DNA of 64,000 nucleotides from Camelus ferus. Its lineage: Eukaryota. A program made the translations under genes and the position numbers. Under the pieces are notes generated by a model. That model was given only the letters and a program-made list of their open reading frames with translations. It was not told where the DNA came from and did not search any database. This document shows positions 1-14,100 of the stretch, in pieces; the stretch's first letter is position 1; the number at the start of each line of letters is the position of its first letter. Where the stretch lies: NCBI RefSeq assembly GCF_009834535.1, contig NC_045696.1, positions 45,758,001 to 45,822,000 on the forward strand, read 5' to 3'.

Positions 1-94
1 TAGCTCTAAGAGCTACCCATTCCTTTTCCTTTCAAACTGTCATCACTCAAGTACAAATAGCTCACCCTTACTAACACAATTCACATCCTAACTG

Positions 95-500
95 TCCTCC
101 CTGCCTTCTTGTTCTCTCCTGATGAGTTCTCTCTACTGATGCTAGAGTTTTCTTTTCAAAATGTGAATGGATACCATCCCATCATCCTTTAAAAGTTAGA
201 AAAGACTTTCCATTGTTTTTAGGATTAGAATAAAATTTTAACTTGCCCTTCGGGGCTGTATGGTCTTGCTCTTACTCCTCTAATCTCATCCCACACCAAA
301 ACCCCACCTTAGACTCTGCCTCAGACACACTGCTTTATTTCAGGTTCTTAACCCTGATGCTCCAGCTCCCACAAGATCTCCACAGAGCTTCTTCCCCACA
401 CAGCATTCCTTAGCCCAGTAAACTCCTCCTTATTCTTTAGATCTCAGCTCACTGGTCATCCAGTAGGAAACTTTTTCCATTACTCCTCAGATACTCCTAT
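95..500 (+). mobile_element. LINE-2 3' region, highly decayed
   Basis: Pyrimidine-rich L2-like phrases (tgctagagttttcttttcaaaatgt..., aactcctccttattctttagatctcagctc); resemblance to recalled consensus only. Confidence 0.55.
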
Positions 501-2115
501 ATGTTTATCTTTGTGGGAAGTTCCAAACTTATCCCAAGGAATTGTAGAAAATGAAACTGACTGAAAATAAATTAATATGTCAGTTTACCAAGTCTGCTTT
601 GTTTCATCCTCTCATGATTTTTTTTTTAAGTATTTAGCTACTTGGAATTGTTAGGCTTGGAGACTCACTTAATTTCTTGAAGAATCAATTTAATAATCTT
701 AACCTGAATTGTACTAGATTATATTGAAAAGCCACTTACCTTGTGTCAATGAATTTAGAAGAAAATTCTCATGGTTACCATTTTTATACAAGTAGTGTTT
801 GTCTGCTGCCAGCCTGCCCTTTTTTTGAGTACTCCAACTTTCTTCTTATTTTTTCAAGTCCACTGAGTGGAACCCCTGGTAATTGACCAAGTTTGGAAAG
901 AATATATTTTCAATGGTTTTTCTCATTTTTATAATAATTATATGTTACAAATTTTAATCTCCACAACTCATACTACGTTCCCCAGACTCCATATGGATTT
1001 GAGGGAAAAAATATGTTTTAAAAATAAAACCTTTGAGTCTTATCATCAGAAAAATGTCTAGGAATTATAACCTAGGGATAACCTAGGAATTTTAATCTTA
1101 TCCAGACAAGAAAGCCTATTTTATACCTTGTATTTACAATGCCAACCTCAGTGCTAAGTTTGGTATTCAATTTTTTTAAATGTTTTTCCTTGTAATGGAT
1201 GTGGAATATTTTATGAGAATAGTGTTTTGTGGAATATTCTCTAGGAAGGAATTTTATTCAGAAAATGTGAGAATACAAAACATCCTTAGTGTATTATGTG
1301 ATAAAGATTGAGTACATAGCAATCATATTAACAAACATCTCTGAATATGTGAGTACGTCCATGAAAAGTAACAGAAAATTCTAATACAATCAAACAAAAA
1401 ATATCAAAATAAAACAAGAAGGAACACTACACTATGAGATATTATAAAAATAGGAGCAGAATCTGAATAATGCAAGGAATAAAAATGCAGTCTAGAACAG
1501 AGAAAGGACCACAGCAGTCTAAGGGTTTTCATAAATTTCTTAGCAGGAAAAAAAAATGGGGATTATTACAAGAACCACATGTGTATTTGTACTAATTTTC
1601 TCTTCTAATATCTTTTAAGGAGCTCTATTGAGAATCATACTCTTCATCATACACATTTCAGAGTACTGATTCACTTACATTAACAAATCATTTCCTTGTC
1701 TTCTTTATCAAGTTCTAAGCTATAAAAATCCATCCAGATGTTACATAAGATCATCTGGCTTAAGTGGACTAGGCTACTGCAGTCAAAATTCCAGCACTAA
1801 TTGTAGCAAAACAGGCAGCATCATCCCTTAAGGGTTACTGCCTTCTCCTGGCCTATTTTTGTCTGGGGAGGCAATTTCAAGGCAATCTGGATATTTCTCT
1901 GCCGTGTCCATTAAAAAGGGCTATATTGTAGAACTTGTGGAGTAGTTCTACAGTGCTGAAAATCAGTAATAAAATTTTCACCTTTCTTCTTAGTCATGTA
2001 GTAAGAATTTACATACAATAATTTTTCTATTCTCGAGAGATATTTTAAGACAGCTCAAGCTATTAGCAGCTTACTGTATAACCCTATAAGGTCATGTTCA
2101 GAAACAGGCTCACTA

Positions 2116-2156
2116 TACACACACACACATACACACACACACATACACGCACATAC
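2116..2156. repeat. Imperfect (CA)n microsatellite
   Basis: tacacacacacacatacacacacacacatacacgcacatac. Confidence 0.9.
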
Positions 2157-2223
2157 ATCCTGATTCACCCAAGGATGAACATTCAGAAATTCACACATGA
2201 ATGTTTTGATTTATTGCAAGAGG

Positions 2224-3177
2224 AATAGAAGAGGCCTTGTTCCAGAAAATAGAAGACTTATCAATTGATTTTATGAAACTGTGTTACCCTCATGCCAAAA
2301 GCAGATAAAGACAATATAAACAAAGAAAATGAGAGACAAATATCCTTCATGAATATAAATGTAAATACCTTAACAAAATATTGGCAACTAGAATTTAGCA
2401 ATATATAAAGGAATTATAAATCAATACCAAGTAAAAACATAAACAATCTAATTAGAAAATGAGCTAAAGACACACCAAAAAATTTACCAAAGGTGGTAAC
2501 AGATGGAAAATAAGCACATGAAATAATGCTGAACAATTTAGAAATTAGGAAAATGCTATTAAAACTGCAATGAGCTATCAATATACACCCATCAGAATGT
2601 CTAAAATAAAATATTGCAGCAACATCAAATGCTGGTAAAAATGAGGAGAAACTGGATCCCTCATAGGTTCCATGTGGGAAGGCAAATAGCTACTCTAGAA
2701 AACAGCTTTCCAGTTTCTTAAGAACTAAACATACAATTACCATGTGATCAGTAAATCGCCCTCTGCCACATACCTCAGAGAAATGAAGGTTGACTTTCAT
2801 GCAAAAACCTGTACATGAATGTTTATAGCAGTTTTATTTGTATCAGCTAAAAACTGGAAAAAACTCAAGACCTTCAACAGGTGAATGGTTAAACCACAGT
2901 ACCACCATACCATGGAACAGCAATAAAGATGAACTACAGATACACAGAACAACTTGGATGACTCTCCAGAGAATTCTGCTTGAGTACAAAAAGCCAACCC
3001 CCAAACTTTGTGCACTGTATGATTCTATTTACATATCATTCTTCAGAGAATTATGCTGAGTGAAAAAAGCTAGTCCCTAAAAGTTTGCATACTGTATGAT
3101 TCTATTTATATAACATTCTCAAAATGACAAATCATAGAAAAGAACAGATTGGCAGTTGCCAGGGCTTAAGAAGGATG
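2224..3177 (+). mobile_element. Old L1 (L1M/MC-type): ORF2 fragment joined to the 3' end by an internal deletion at ~2432
   Basis: ORF2-like ttccagaaaatagaag...accctcatgccaaaagcagataaagac; 3' region gtacatgaatgtttatagcagttttatt; diverged ~78 bp tandem duplication at 2963-3119. Confidence 0.85.
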
Positions 3178-6100
3178 TAGGGGCATGTACAGAAACAGAC
3201 TCACTACACACACACACTCACATATATTCTGATTCACTCAGAGCATTCTCAAATGAATGTGTTCATTTTACTGCAAGAGGACCAGGAGAGAACACGTTCA
3301 GGGTAGGACTATACACAGGCAATATGCCTTCAGTGGTTTCACATTCTCTTCAAACTTTTCTCCCATAACAGAAAGCCAACTTCAGTCTTGGGGTCTAACT
3401 TTTAGGGATGACAAGGACCTTTCCACAGACTATCACCCAATCTCTTTTTTAAAATATTATTTGTGGTAGCTTAAATGTTATGCCACCCAGAGATATATCA
3501 CTTTAAACATGAATTTTAAAAATACCTGAGAACCAAAAGAATGTTTTTCTGTTGGTAAAATTGCCAGCACCAGGTTGTATAAAATTATTTGGGGTATACA
3601 GCTCTATAGGATTTCTTTAAAAATCACACTATGTAGACCATGCTGTTCTGGAAAATAGATGGGTGCCTCATATACTGGCAAAAATGTGTAGATGGGTGAG
3701 CACAATCAATATCCATTACTAGAAAAATAATTCGAATTCATGTCTATGTAATGGTGAGTCAGTTTTATTATTATATATATAGAGACAAAGAAAAAGTAGC
3801 ACCCATAAGGCAAATTAAGCGCATTTTAAGACAACCTGCTAAAAAAGGCATCATAAAGCAATCAATTCACTTGGAAAATATTTTTTATGGAGAATACATG
3901 AAAGAAGAAGAGAAGGCTGAGTTCATCAGTAAAGCTGATCTTGCTGTCAACCCAAGACTATAGTGAGGTCCCTGGAGGATCTTAGATAAAAGCAGAGCAT
4001 TTTTTTTGTTTATTTAGGCAGAGTCAATTTTAATTGCTACGTTTGCACTGGCCTAGGGTAGAGCTTTCATTTATCAAACAAAATTAAAACTCTGTTTGAT
4101 CAGCATTATGAAGCCAATCAAACTCCACAGTGATCTGAGACCAGTTTAAATCCACCTGGATGAGAAGGGAAGTTTACCAGGGAACTCTAAGCGGTCTTCA
4201 TTTCCTTAAGTCTGAATCCAAATAGAAGCTCTGCTCTTCCTGTTAACTTGAGAAAAATATGAACCAGAGTGAAGAGAGCATCAGAGGCATCCTGGCTATC
4301 TTCCCAGCTCCCCAAGTCCTGCACCTCTCATCACACCGCTTCTTGTCTATTAAGGAGACTCAGGAAGGGATTTTGTGAGCTGCTGTCATAGGGGACTAGA
4401 TGCTATTTAGCATGCAGGCTACTGAACCTGATCCCTGCTGAACAGGAGGAGACAGACCCAGAGACTGTCTAGTACGTGGTATTTGTGCTGTTTAAAATGC
4501 TTCAAGCCTTGGGTCTCTGGGAAAACAGAGAAGGAAAGATCATTTCTAACATTTTCCCTTTTCTTTCTGACAGCACAGTTCTTAACTCAGAGAGTTAGAG
4601 ATGGGCAAGCACACACAATGCTATCTCAGCCTTCTTGAAATGCTAACCAAAGATAAAAATGTTATGCAGTGGTGCTTAAAATTTAATGCCATTTTGAAAA
4701 CAAAAACCTTACTTTCCTAAGTAAAAATAATTACACTGCTAGATAATACTATAAATGCTATACATATGAAAGAAAGACGTTTAAACTGCAAGTGATCCAC
4801 CCCAACAGACTCCCTTCAACAGCCCATCCCTCCTCCCCACCTGTTCTATACAGGGAAAGAATAGAGATTTGTTTAAGATCCTTGTATTTCTTTTCTTCTA
4901 GAATGTTCTCTGGGTTTAAGCAAGAATATACATGATAAGCTATAAACTAGAATGGAGATTAGGAAGAGGATAACACAAGGGAAATAGCATGAAGAAAACA
5001 TATTAACTTTATGAAAAAGAAAATGAAACCATCTTCTAAATGAGTTTTACACATTCTGAAACCTTTAAACTACCATCCATCTATAAAACGGTAAGGTAAT
5101 ATACTTTACAGATTTCTGGTAAATATATACATTGTCTGCCCCATTTGTGATACTGGTTTAAATGTTATTTTGAATATTAAATTTAAAAATAAAACTGAAA
5201 AATCCACAACCCTATAGGAGTAACCCTTCCTCTGGACACAAATTTCCTTTGAACAAGCACACAAACTTCCTTTACCACGGCACCTCGATTTTGAATTGAA
5301 AAGGTCACATTTGTGACTTGCTGCTCACCTCTCTACGTTTGACCTGTCTACTCTATCTTCCAGAATAGAAATCAGTGGAGGCAATTACCAGCACAGTTTG
5401 AAGATTCTTCCAGACAGCCATGGTTGAAGAGTTAGCCTGAGCCATGAAATCCACCTCTCTCTCCCCTAGCTACCCACTACATGCGCATATACAATTAAAA
5501 GAACAGATAATATAATGGTAAACAATTTTCCACCAACATAACTGAGAAAAAATTAGAAATTTTTTTTTATCACTAACATAATTTACCAACTCTTCCTCAT
5601 GAAAAAGTATTCAATTAGCTGTCATTAGAACTAATATTTTTCACTGCTCTGGAAGTCTACTGTCTCTAGCTTGCTTTCAGTTCTAAGTAGAGGAGTCTCA
5701 AATCAGTAAATGACTATCATTTTGATGATTTCATAAATAAAATTGTTATAAATATTTTTATTTGCTTCTAGTTCTTGTAAATGACAACACTTACCATTGT
5801 GATTAACTGCAGAAGAACTTGGGAACTGATAAACAGAGAAATTTGGGCTCTTTTAGATTAAGCAACAACATGTTAACAAATTATTTTAAAAGTTAGGTAT
5901 GTTTTTTACATTCTTTTCTAGTTTACAATTTAGAGACTTTCTTCTAAAGTCCCATTTGTTGAAATCCTGAATCAAAATTATTAGTTCCAAAAAAAGGAAG
6001 GAATTAAGATACAAATAATTATTTTTTCAGAGGATAATCTGTTGATTTGGCATCTGAGCTTAAATAATAATTTCATACAATTTGGAAGCAGTTTTCATAT

Positions 6101-9100
6101 AATTTCATGCTCTATGAAAAATCCATTTGGAAACCATGTGTGACATTTGTTATAAATAGTACATTTATACATACATTACTCTGTTTTTCCATTTTCATCA
6201 ACTGCTGCCCAACATATTTCTAGGAGGGGCAAAAATCTGCCATCAGTCTGAAATTACTAGGATATGTGAGTTGCAATCTTTATTCAGATTTCCATAACTA
6301 TGTTTTGTGCAGGGATCTTAAGAATATATTTCAAGAACCTATTGAAGGTTAGAGGATGTGCTTCTTTATGGCAGAGACCTTATTTTAAGACCCAGGTTTT
6401 TCTCTAATCCTTTCAAAGGATATTCATGCATGCATTGAATAAGAAATATGCTAAACGCTAGGAACGTATTTTAACCTTTGGTCAGGTTAATATGCTATTT
6501 TAATTGCTCTTTAACTGAGACACAATAAAGTTTGAAGGAAAAAAAATATATATATATATAAATCTCCCAACATGGAGGTTACTCTTCCTTCAAGCAAGAT
6601 TGAAGGAAAGTGAGAATGTTTTTTTTCTTCCATTTCTTATTAATTGCATAATTCTAAATATTTATTAATGCCACAACACAAATCCATAGTATAGACCATC
6701 CTATACTATCTGCAGTGTTAAACGTTAGCACAAACATAGCGAAATTAATAAGTGATTCATCAGTTTTTCTTGAAGGTTAGCTATGACAAGAATGTTGGTT
6801 ATTAGCTAGTATCCCTGGTTAGTGTGCTTTGCTAACTAAGCTCTATCCAAATTATACCTCTGTAGCTCACAAGTTACACATGTTGCTTTGTTCCAGGGTC
6901 TTATGATACACACAGAAAACCACTGTGTAAGTTTGTGTGTGTTAATGTGTTGCTGATCAAAAGAGCTGAGAATGTGTAGCTGAATCAATAAAAATCCATC
7001 ACTAGGAATAGAAAAGTCAATTATATCTACTAATTGTGGGTCAGCAGTTTCATTTTTGCATATAGCCAAAATTACTGAAATTGACAAAAGAAAGAAAAAA
7101 TATGATCTGCCTTTCTCTAACAATTTAAAGTCTGTCAGAGGATGGGAAGTGTGGGGAGGCTGGTTAATCACACAGCTATATAAAAACAAAAATAACAGCA
7201 ATAAAAAATACACAGGCAACGCTGGCTGTGCTGCACAGAGATTATGTGAGTGGAACCAAAAAAGCCATTATTCTCCAGACTGCGCTCCCTTCTACATTCA
7301 CTAGTGACTGTATCTCAGATTTTATCCATCACAAATACATGTATTACCTGTCACATTCATGATTTAGCACGTATGAGGAGGATATAGTTTCATATATTTT
7401 CATAGGACAGGAAATCATTTTCAACATATAAATTATCCCAAGAAAGGTTTATTCGTATGTTTTTGACATCATGATAATTTTATTTTTGCCTTCAATTTTA
7501 TAGATTTGAATGTGGTGTTTAGAGATTAGTGTGTAAGGACAGGGTTAGGGAAGGGGTAAGATTATTAACTAATTACACTGAAATTATTACCCATTAATCT
7601 ATTCACTTATTAAAGGAGGAGTTTAGAATTATTGATGCTTCTCTCTCTGATAGTTTATGCAAAGCACCGGACTTTCTGCCTAGCCCATAGCAGCATGATA
7701 CCAATGACCATTAGTTCCTTTTATTTCTATCTTCATCTGTATTTGTAGAGTTGAAGGATCTCTCACTGGGCTTTGGGAAAAAATGAAGAGGTTCTGCAAC
7801 ATTCTAAAGCATTTATTTCAAACTCTTGTTTATTCTACAAATGTCTATGAAGTTGTTACTATATGCCAGATCTTATTACACCGGTGCAATCTGTAAGCAA
7901 ATAAAGCACTGCAATGGGGTGCTGTGGACATTAGCAGAGATGGGAAAGGGATAATGTGCTTCCTTTAGAATAGTCTCAGAGGAGGGTTGGGTGGGGAGAC
8001 AGTCAAATCAGAGAGAGAAGACAGTTTAAATCCCTACAGAAAGCGAAGAAAGCATGGAACATTCAGGGAACTGAAAGTACTCAAAGGATTCTAGGAACTA
8101 AATGGATCCTGTGAAAGTTACACTTCAATGAGTATACCTATAAAGATCAATCAAGATCCAAAATTGCCAAGTATGGGAAATCTGGATTAGCTGTAGAAAT
8201 CTACATGAAAAAGAGGGCTATGGTTTATTAAACTATGGGTGAATTTGTGCCACATAAATAGCCAGTTGTGACCACAGCTAAATAAATGGCTTTTCCGTGA
8301 AGTAAATCTAAAACCTCACGTTATCCTTTTTTAGAAATTACTCCTTTTACATCATTACAGAGGTGACTGAAATATTATTTATTATATTTATCCTATAATT
8401 TTTCTTAATGAAAATAAACAATTTTTTATGAAAATAGTTCAAACTGGTATATCATGTTCATGTTATTTATTTTATAATATTTCTTCACTAAACCAATTTA
8501 TTCTTCACTGAACTGGAAATAATTTAGTGTAAGTCAGTCTAATGCTACATGATGTTTGTTAGTGGCCAAAGCTGCAGATTAGATACTGAATAAGCCGAAG
8601 GGGATGCTGTCATTTTCCCTAACGCACATTAACAAAGAGTTTACAGGCCAAGAATATTCATTATTATACACAGAAACAAAATAATCTCTTTAGAAGTATA
8701 TTTATTTAGATATAACTTTATGATGCTTGACCTTCACTGAAAACACTGCCATGCAGAAAATCACTAAGATATTTTTAGCTTAAGTTCTCTGAAATCTTTT
8801 CCTCTGTACTTCTAATATTTCCTGAAGAAGATGAAAGGCACATTAACTATCTTTCTAAATAGGAAAAAATACCAGGTAAAGGAATCTGTTTTCATATTCA
8901 TTTGAAAGCTTACATTTTGGCCCACCAAACATTTAGGTCATGAGAGTTTCTGAGCATGGTTGAAACAATCCTCGTTTTCAAACTTTTATATCTTGATGGA
9001 GAACTTCAAATTATTTTTCTTATTGGTATTTTTCTGTAATTTTATTATTTGGCTTACAGAAAATTCTAACCTCTTGCTACTACCTATTCTAAAAAAAACT

Positions 9101-9139
9101 GGACAAGCAGAACAAAGAAAATTATTGTGATCTGAGAAT

Positions 9140-9670
9140 GACTTTTCGTTCAGTAAATGGATTTCACCTCCAACAAATCAAAATGAAGAATGATGATTTT
9201 CTGGAACATTTAAAAGACTAAGTACCCACAGAGTAAAGTTAAAACCAGCAAAGTGGAGAATGGACTAATATAATTTATAACACATATCCTGAAGCACAGA
9301 AGGCTTGTGATAGAAAAGGACAGAGTTAACAAATCCAAGGAAAGAAGAAGTCTAACCAACAGCTGACTGGCAAAGATACAAAATGTGCCACAGGACAACG
9401 AAAAGCCATTATTGAAGATTACTCAAATTGCTAACATTATAAGTCATTGGTGTTCATTAAGAAATAATGCTGACTGGTAAAATTAAATGTAGCAATATAT
9501 GAGTTGTCCCAGGTTTTAAAACTCCATTGACTTGTGGCTGGTGGAATCAGACAATATAAAGTATGATAACTTTTGTTCTAAGCTCAAAAAGCATTTTTCT
9601 TTCAATTCAAGTCATGAGTACATCCAGCCAAGATAACCAGATTCTGCATTTAATCCTTTGCCAAACCTTC
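9140..9670 (+). mobile_element. Very ancient CR1/L3-like LINE reverse-transcriptase fossil
   Basis: Ordered degenerate motifs across frameshifts: GF-TSNKS, GEWTNIIY...QKACDRK (cf. GxxVDIIYLDFQKAFDKV), GQRKAIIEDYSN, GVH*E...LNVAIYEL (cf. GVPQG...FNIFINDL), LVAGGIRQYKV (cf. LFADDTKLY). Confidence 0.5.
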
Positions 9671-11119
9671 AGCTAAAAGGAGGAAGTGATGTCCAAGAGC
9701 GCCATCACCTCAGACCAGCACATGGTCACCCCGTGTACTTGTGAGTCAGTCGGGAGTGGCACAGAAACAAAGGCAGAACCCAGCTAGCTCTCCCTCAATT
9801 TAAAACATGCACAAACCCAGAATGTTTACACCTAATATGCTAGCCTCTAAAAATTAGTATGTCAACCTATCAGTAAATGGTTGAATGAAAGCTCTTTCTA
9901 AATGATACTGTTTGGCAAATGTAAACAAATTCATATTTTAAAAAGGTAAATATCATCACTTAAAAGAAAAATTTTCAAACAATCCTCTAGAAACAGTTTG
10001 CATTCAAACAATAAATGGCCCAGCGGATAATTATATAAATATATAAATAATTTTTCATATGATATGTCATATAAATTGCCCCATAAGCATTTGCATTTGA
10101 GGAATAAAACTGAAATTATTTTTAAATGTTTTGTTACATATTCACCAAGTCACTATAATTACTGAAAGCATGTTTCTATTTTGGGTAGTAATTACAGTGA
10201 CATGTTTTTTTAAAACCAACATCAGTAATGATGTAGATCAAAATGACTTAGAAGTGTTAATACGTGTTTCTGGTAACAGCTGGAAGGTTCACAATAACCT
10301 GTTTAGCATAGAAGAATATATGTTTAGTTACTATAGAGAAATTGTGTGTTAAAAGAGAAAATAATTACAAATATTATATGTAGTTGAATAAAATTAAACA
10401 CTTTTCTATCTGAAATCAGCCTTCACTGTCTTCTAGAACAGATTTAGATTTAAGAAATAAACACACACATTAAAAAAAAAATTCTTTTTAATGGGAAGGG
10501 GTTGGAGGAGACTTTTTCAGTTGCCAAAAAATACTTCCTAACAATGTAGCAATAGTTTGCCTTGCTAAAAGCATGCTAGCCACATTAATTCAGCAATCTG
10601 AGAGAAGGGAGTATGTATTTTATGTAAAACTGTGTAAGAAAACATGACTAGCTAAGCCATAAATAAAACACAATGTTTCTATTGTAGTATCAAAGAGTTA
10701 GGTGAATCCTAAAGGATCATGATACAATATGAATACTAAAATACACTTAGAGAAAAACAAAAGGTAAAATTTTGAAAATGCTGCACTGTTAAAAGACAAT
10801 CTCCATTACTTAAGAAGTTTGAGCACAGATGAATAGTCATGATTTACTACAATATTAGCTTGTCAACACTGAGATGAGAATGCTAAATGAGCTGAGCAGA
10901 GATTCAGAAATCTTTGCAGACTAAAACTTACCCAGAACTCTAGAAAGCCACACAAATTAAAGCCTGGAGCTATAAAGGTAGTTAAAATGCATGGAGAAAT
11001 TTCTATATGCCAGGTACTGTATTAAGCAGGAAATTTTTAGGGTAAGTTCTGGACATTTCTGCTTTTTCAGAGATGAGGAAGCTAAAGTACCTTGGCAAAA
11101 GGTAGAACAGCTATGTAGA

Positions 11120-14100
11120 TGTTGAGTCTTCTAATCCACAAACATGGCACATATCTCCATTTATTTACATCTTCTTTGATTTCTTTTATCAGCATTTTGT
11201 AGTTTTCAGCATACAAGTCTTGCACATGTTTCATTAGATCAAGAACTCAGAATTTCATTTGTTTTGGATGTAACTGTAAATGGTATTGTATTTCTAATTT
11301 CAGCACCTATGTGTTCATTGCTACTATATATAAATACAATTGATTCACGTATGCTTATCTTGTATCCTGTGACCATGCTGAGCTGACTTATGAGGCAGTT
11401 TTGGCTGGATTCCTCAGAATTTTCTATGTAGACAATCATGTCATCTGTGAATAGCCATAGTTTTATGTATTTATTTATAATCTGTATGCTTTTTATGTAT
11501 TTTTATTACCATATCACAGTTGCTAGAACTTCCTGTACTATATTAAGAGTGGTGAGAGTGAACAGCCTTGCTTTGTTTCCAAAGTTTAAGAAGAAAGCTT
11601 TCACTCTTTTATCATTAAGTATGTTAGCTGTAGGGTTTTTGTAGAAGCTCTTAATCATGTTTAGATAATTCCCCTCTATTCCTAATTTGCTATATTTTTT
11701 ATCATAAAAGGGTGTCAGATATTGTCAAGCTTTTCATGTGTTAACATAATCATATGATTTTTCTCCCTTAGCTTGTTGACGTGGTGAACTAGATGGATTG
11801 ACTTTCCTAAGTTGAACCAGCATTGTATACCTAGAAAAAAATCTCACTTGCTCTTGGTATGTAATTAACTTTATATACTGTTGGATTCTGTCTGCTAACT
11901 TTTGTGGAAGATTTTTGTGTCTAAGTTCATAAGAGATATTGATCAGTGGATTCATTTCTCCCTCTGGTTTCAGTATCCGGATAATATTGGCCTCATAAAA
12001 TAAGTTGGGAAGTGTTCCCTCCTCTTATATTTCCTGAAACAACTTATATAAGATTGGTGTTAACTTTGGGGGGGGGGTGTCTTAATTCCTTACACATTTA
12101 GTAGAATTCTCCAGTGAATCTATATGGGCCTGAAGATCTCTTTTACAAGAGATTTTAAATTATGAATTCAACTTACTTTATGATTATAAGACTATTCATA
12201 TCTATTTCATCTTCATTGAGTTTTATCAGTTTGATTTTTGAGAAATTGGTTCATTTCTTCTAAGTTGTCAAATTTATGAGTAAAGTTGTCCATAGTACTC
12301 CCTTATTATCCTCTTACTATTTTCCTTTCCTCTTTCTTTCTTTCTTTCAAGTATACTCAGTTTACAATGTTGCATCAATTTCTGATGTACCTTATTATCT
12401 TCTTAAGGGCTGCACAATCTGTAACAATTATCCCTTATTTCATTCTTTATATTTGTGAATGTGTCATCTTTTTATTAATACCAGCCTTGATAAACATTTA
12501 TCAATTTTAATGATTTTCTTAAGAAGCAGGTTTCATTTCATTTATTTTTGTCTACTGTGTTTCTATTTTCAATTGCATTGATATCTGCTCTTTATGATTT
12601 CCTTTCTTCTGCTTGCTTTAGGTTTATTTTGCTCTTCTTTTTCTAGTTTCTTGAGATAAGGACTTAGGACATTGATTTCAGACATTTATTCACTAATAAT
12701 ATGTATTCAGTGGTATGAATTTCCACTCATTGCTTTAGCTGAGTCCACAAATTTTATTATGTTGCTTTTTTGTTTACATCCATACCTTTGAGACTTCCTT
12801 TTTGACAAATGGATTGTTTAGAAGTATGCTGTTGAATTTCCATGTGTTTAGAGATTTTCTTGTTGCTTTTCTGCTTCTGCTTTTCTGTTGCTTTTACTGC
12901 TATCTAATTTGATTCCACTATGGAAAGAAAACATACTCTGTATGATTTCAATTATGTTAAAGTTTTGAAGTTTGTTTTATAGCCAGGGCATGGTTTATCC
13001 TGGTGAATGTTCCATGGATGCTTGAAAAACAAATGTGTGATAAGCTGTTGTTGGGTGGAGTCTTCATACACCTATTCAATGCTGTTGGTTGACTGTATTA
13101 TTAAGATATTCTATATCCTTGCTGATTTTTCTGGCTAGTGTTTTTATCATTTACTGAGAGAGAGTGTTGAAGTCTCCAGTTACAACTGTATATTTATCTA
13201 CTTCTTTCAGCTCTATCAAATTTTATTTCATATATTTTGAGGCTCTATTTCTTAATACATAAACATCTAGAATCATTGTGTCAATGGATTAACCATTTCA
13301 TCATTATGTAATATCTCTCTTTTTGTCTCTAGTAATTTTTTTCTGTGAAATTGACTTTTTCAGATGTTAATATGGCTATTCCTATTTTTAAATTAATGTT
13401 TGTATGGTATATCTTTAGGCATCCTTTTAACTTGTAACTATGTCATTAAATTAAAAGTGACTTTCCTTTAAACAGTACATAGATAGCTCATGTTTTTTAT
13501 TTTCTCTGAAATTTCTGCCTATTTATTGACAGGTTTAAACCATTTATTTAAGGTAATTATTGATACATTAATACTTACATCTGCCATCTTATTATATATT
13601 TTTTATTTGGTTCTTCTTCTCTTTACTCTGTTTCTTTGCTCTTACCTATCTGCTGTTCATTAAGTATTTTTAGGAACCCTTCTTGATTTATTTATAGTGT
13701 TTGAGGATACGTCTTTGCATAGTTTTTACAGAGGCTGCTCTGCGTATTTTATATATAGAAAGAGAATCTATAGATATCAATGATAGACAAAAGAAATAGA
13801 AATATAGATTTAGATATAGATGTGTAACTTACAGTCTACTGAAATCAACATCTACCACTTCAGATGATGTGTGGAAACCTCACTTTCATTTGGGTGTCTT
13901 TTCCTTCCCCTAGTTTTAAATACAGTTGTCTTGAGTATCAGATGATTGCCTAACTTTTGTTTTAATTATTAAATAAAATTTATAAATCTCAGGAGGAAAG
14001 ACAGTCTTATGTTTGTACTCATATTTCTGCTTTTTCCATTTTTCCTTCTTCCATCCAGATGCTGAAGATTCCTTCTTTATATCATTTCCTTTCTGTAAAA

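Noticed and set aside
6836..7219. 127-aa minus-strand ORF with a signal-peptide-like N-terminus
   Set aside because: The hydrophobicity comes from T-rich low-complexity sequence; no recognisable family
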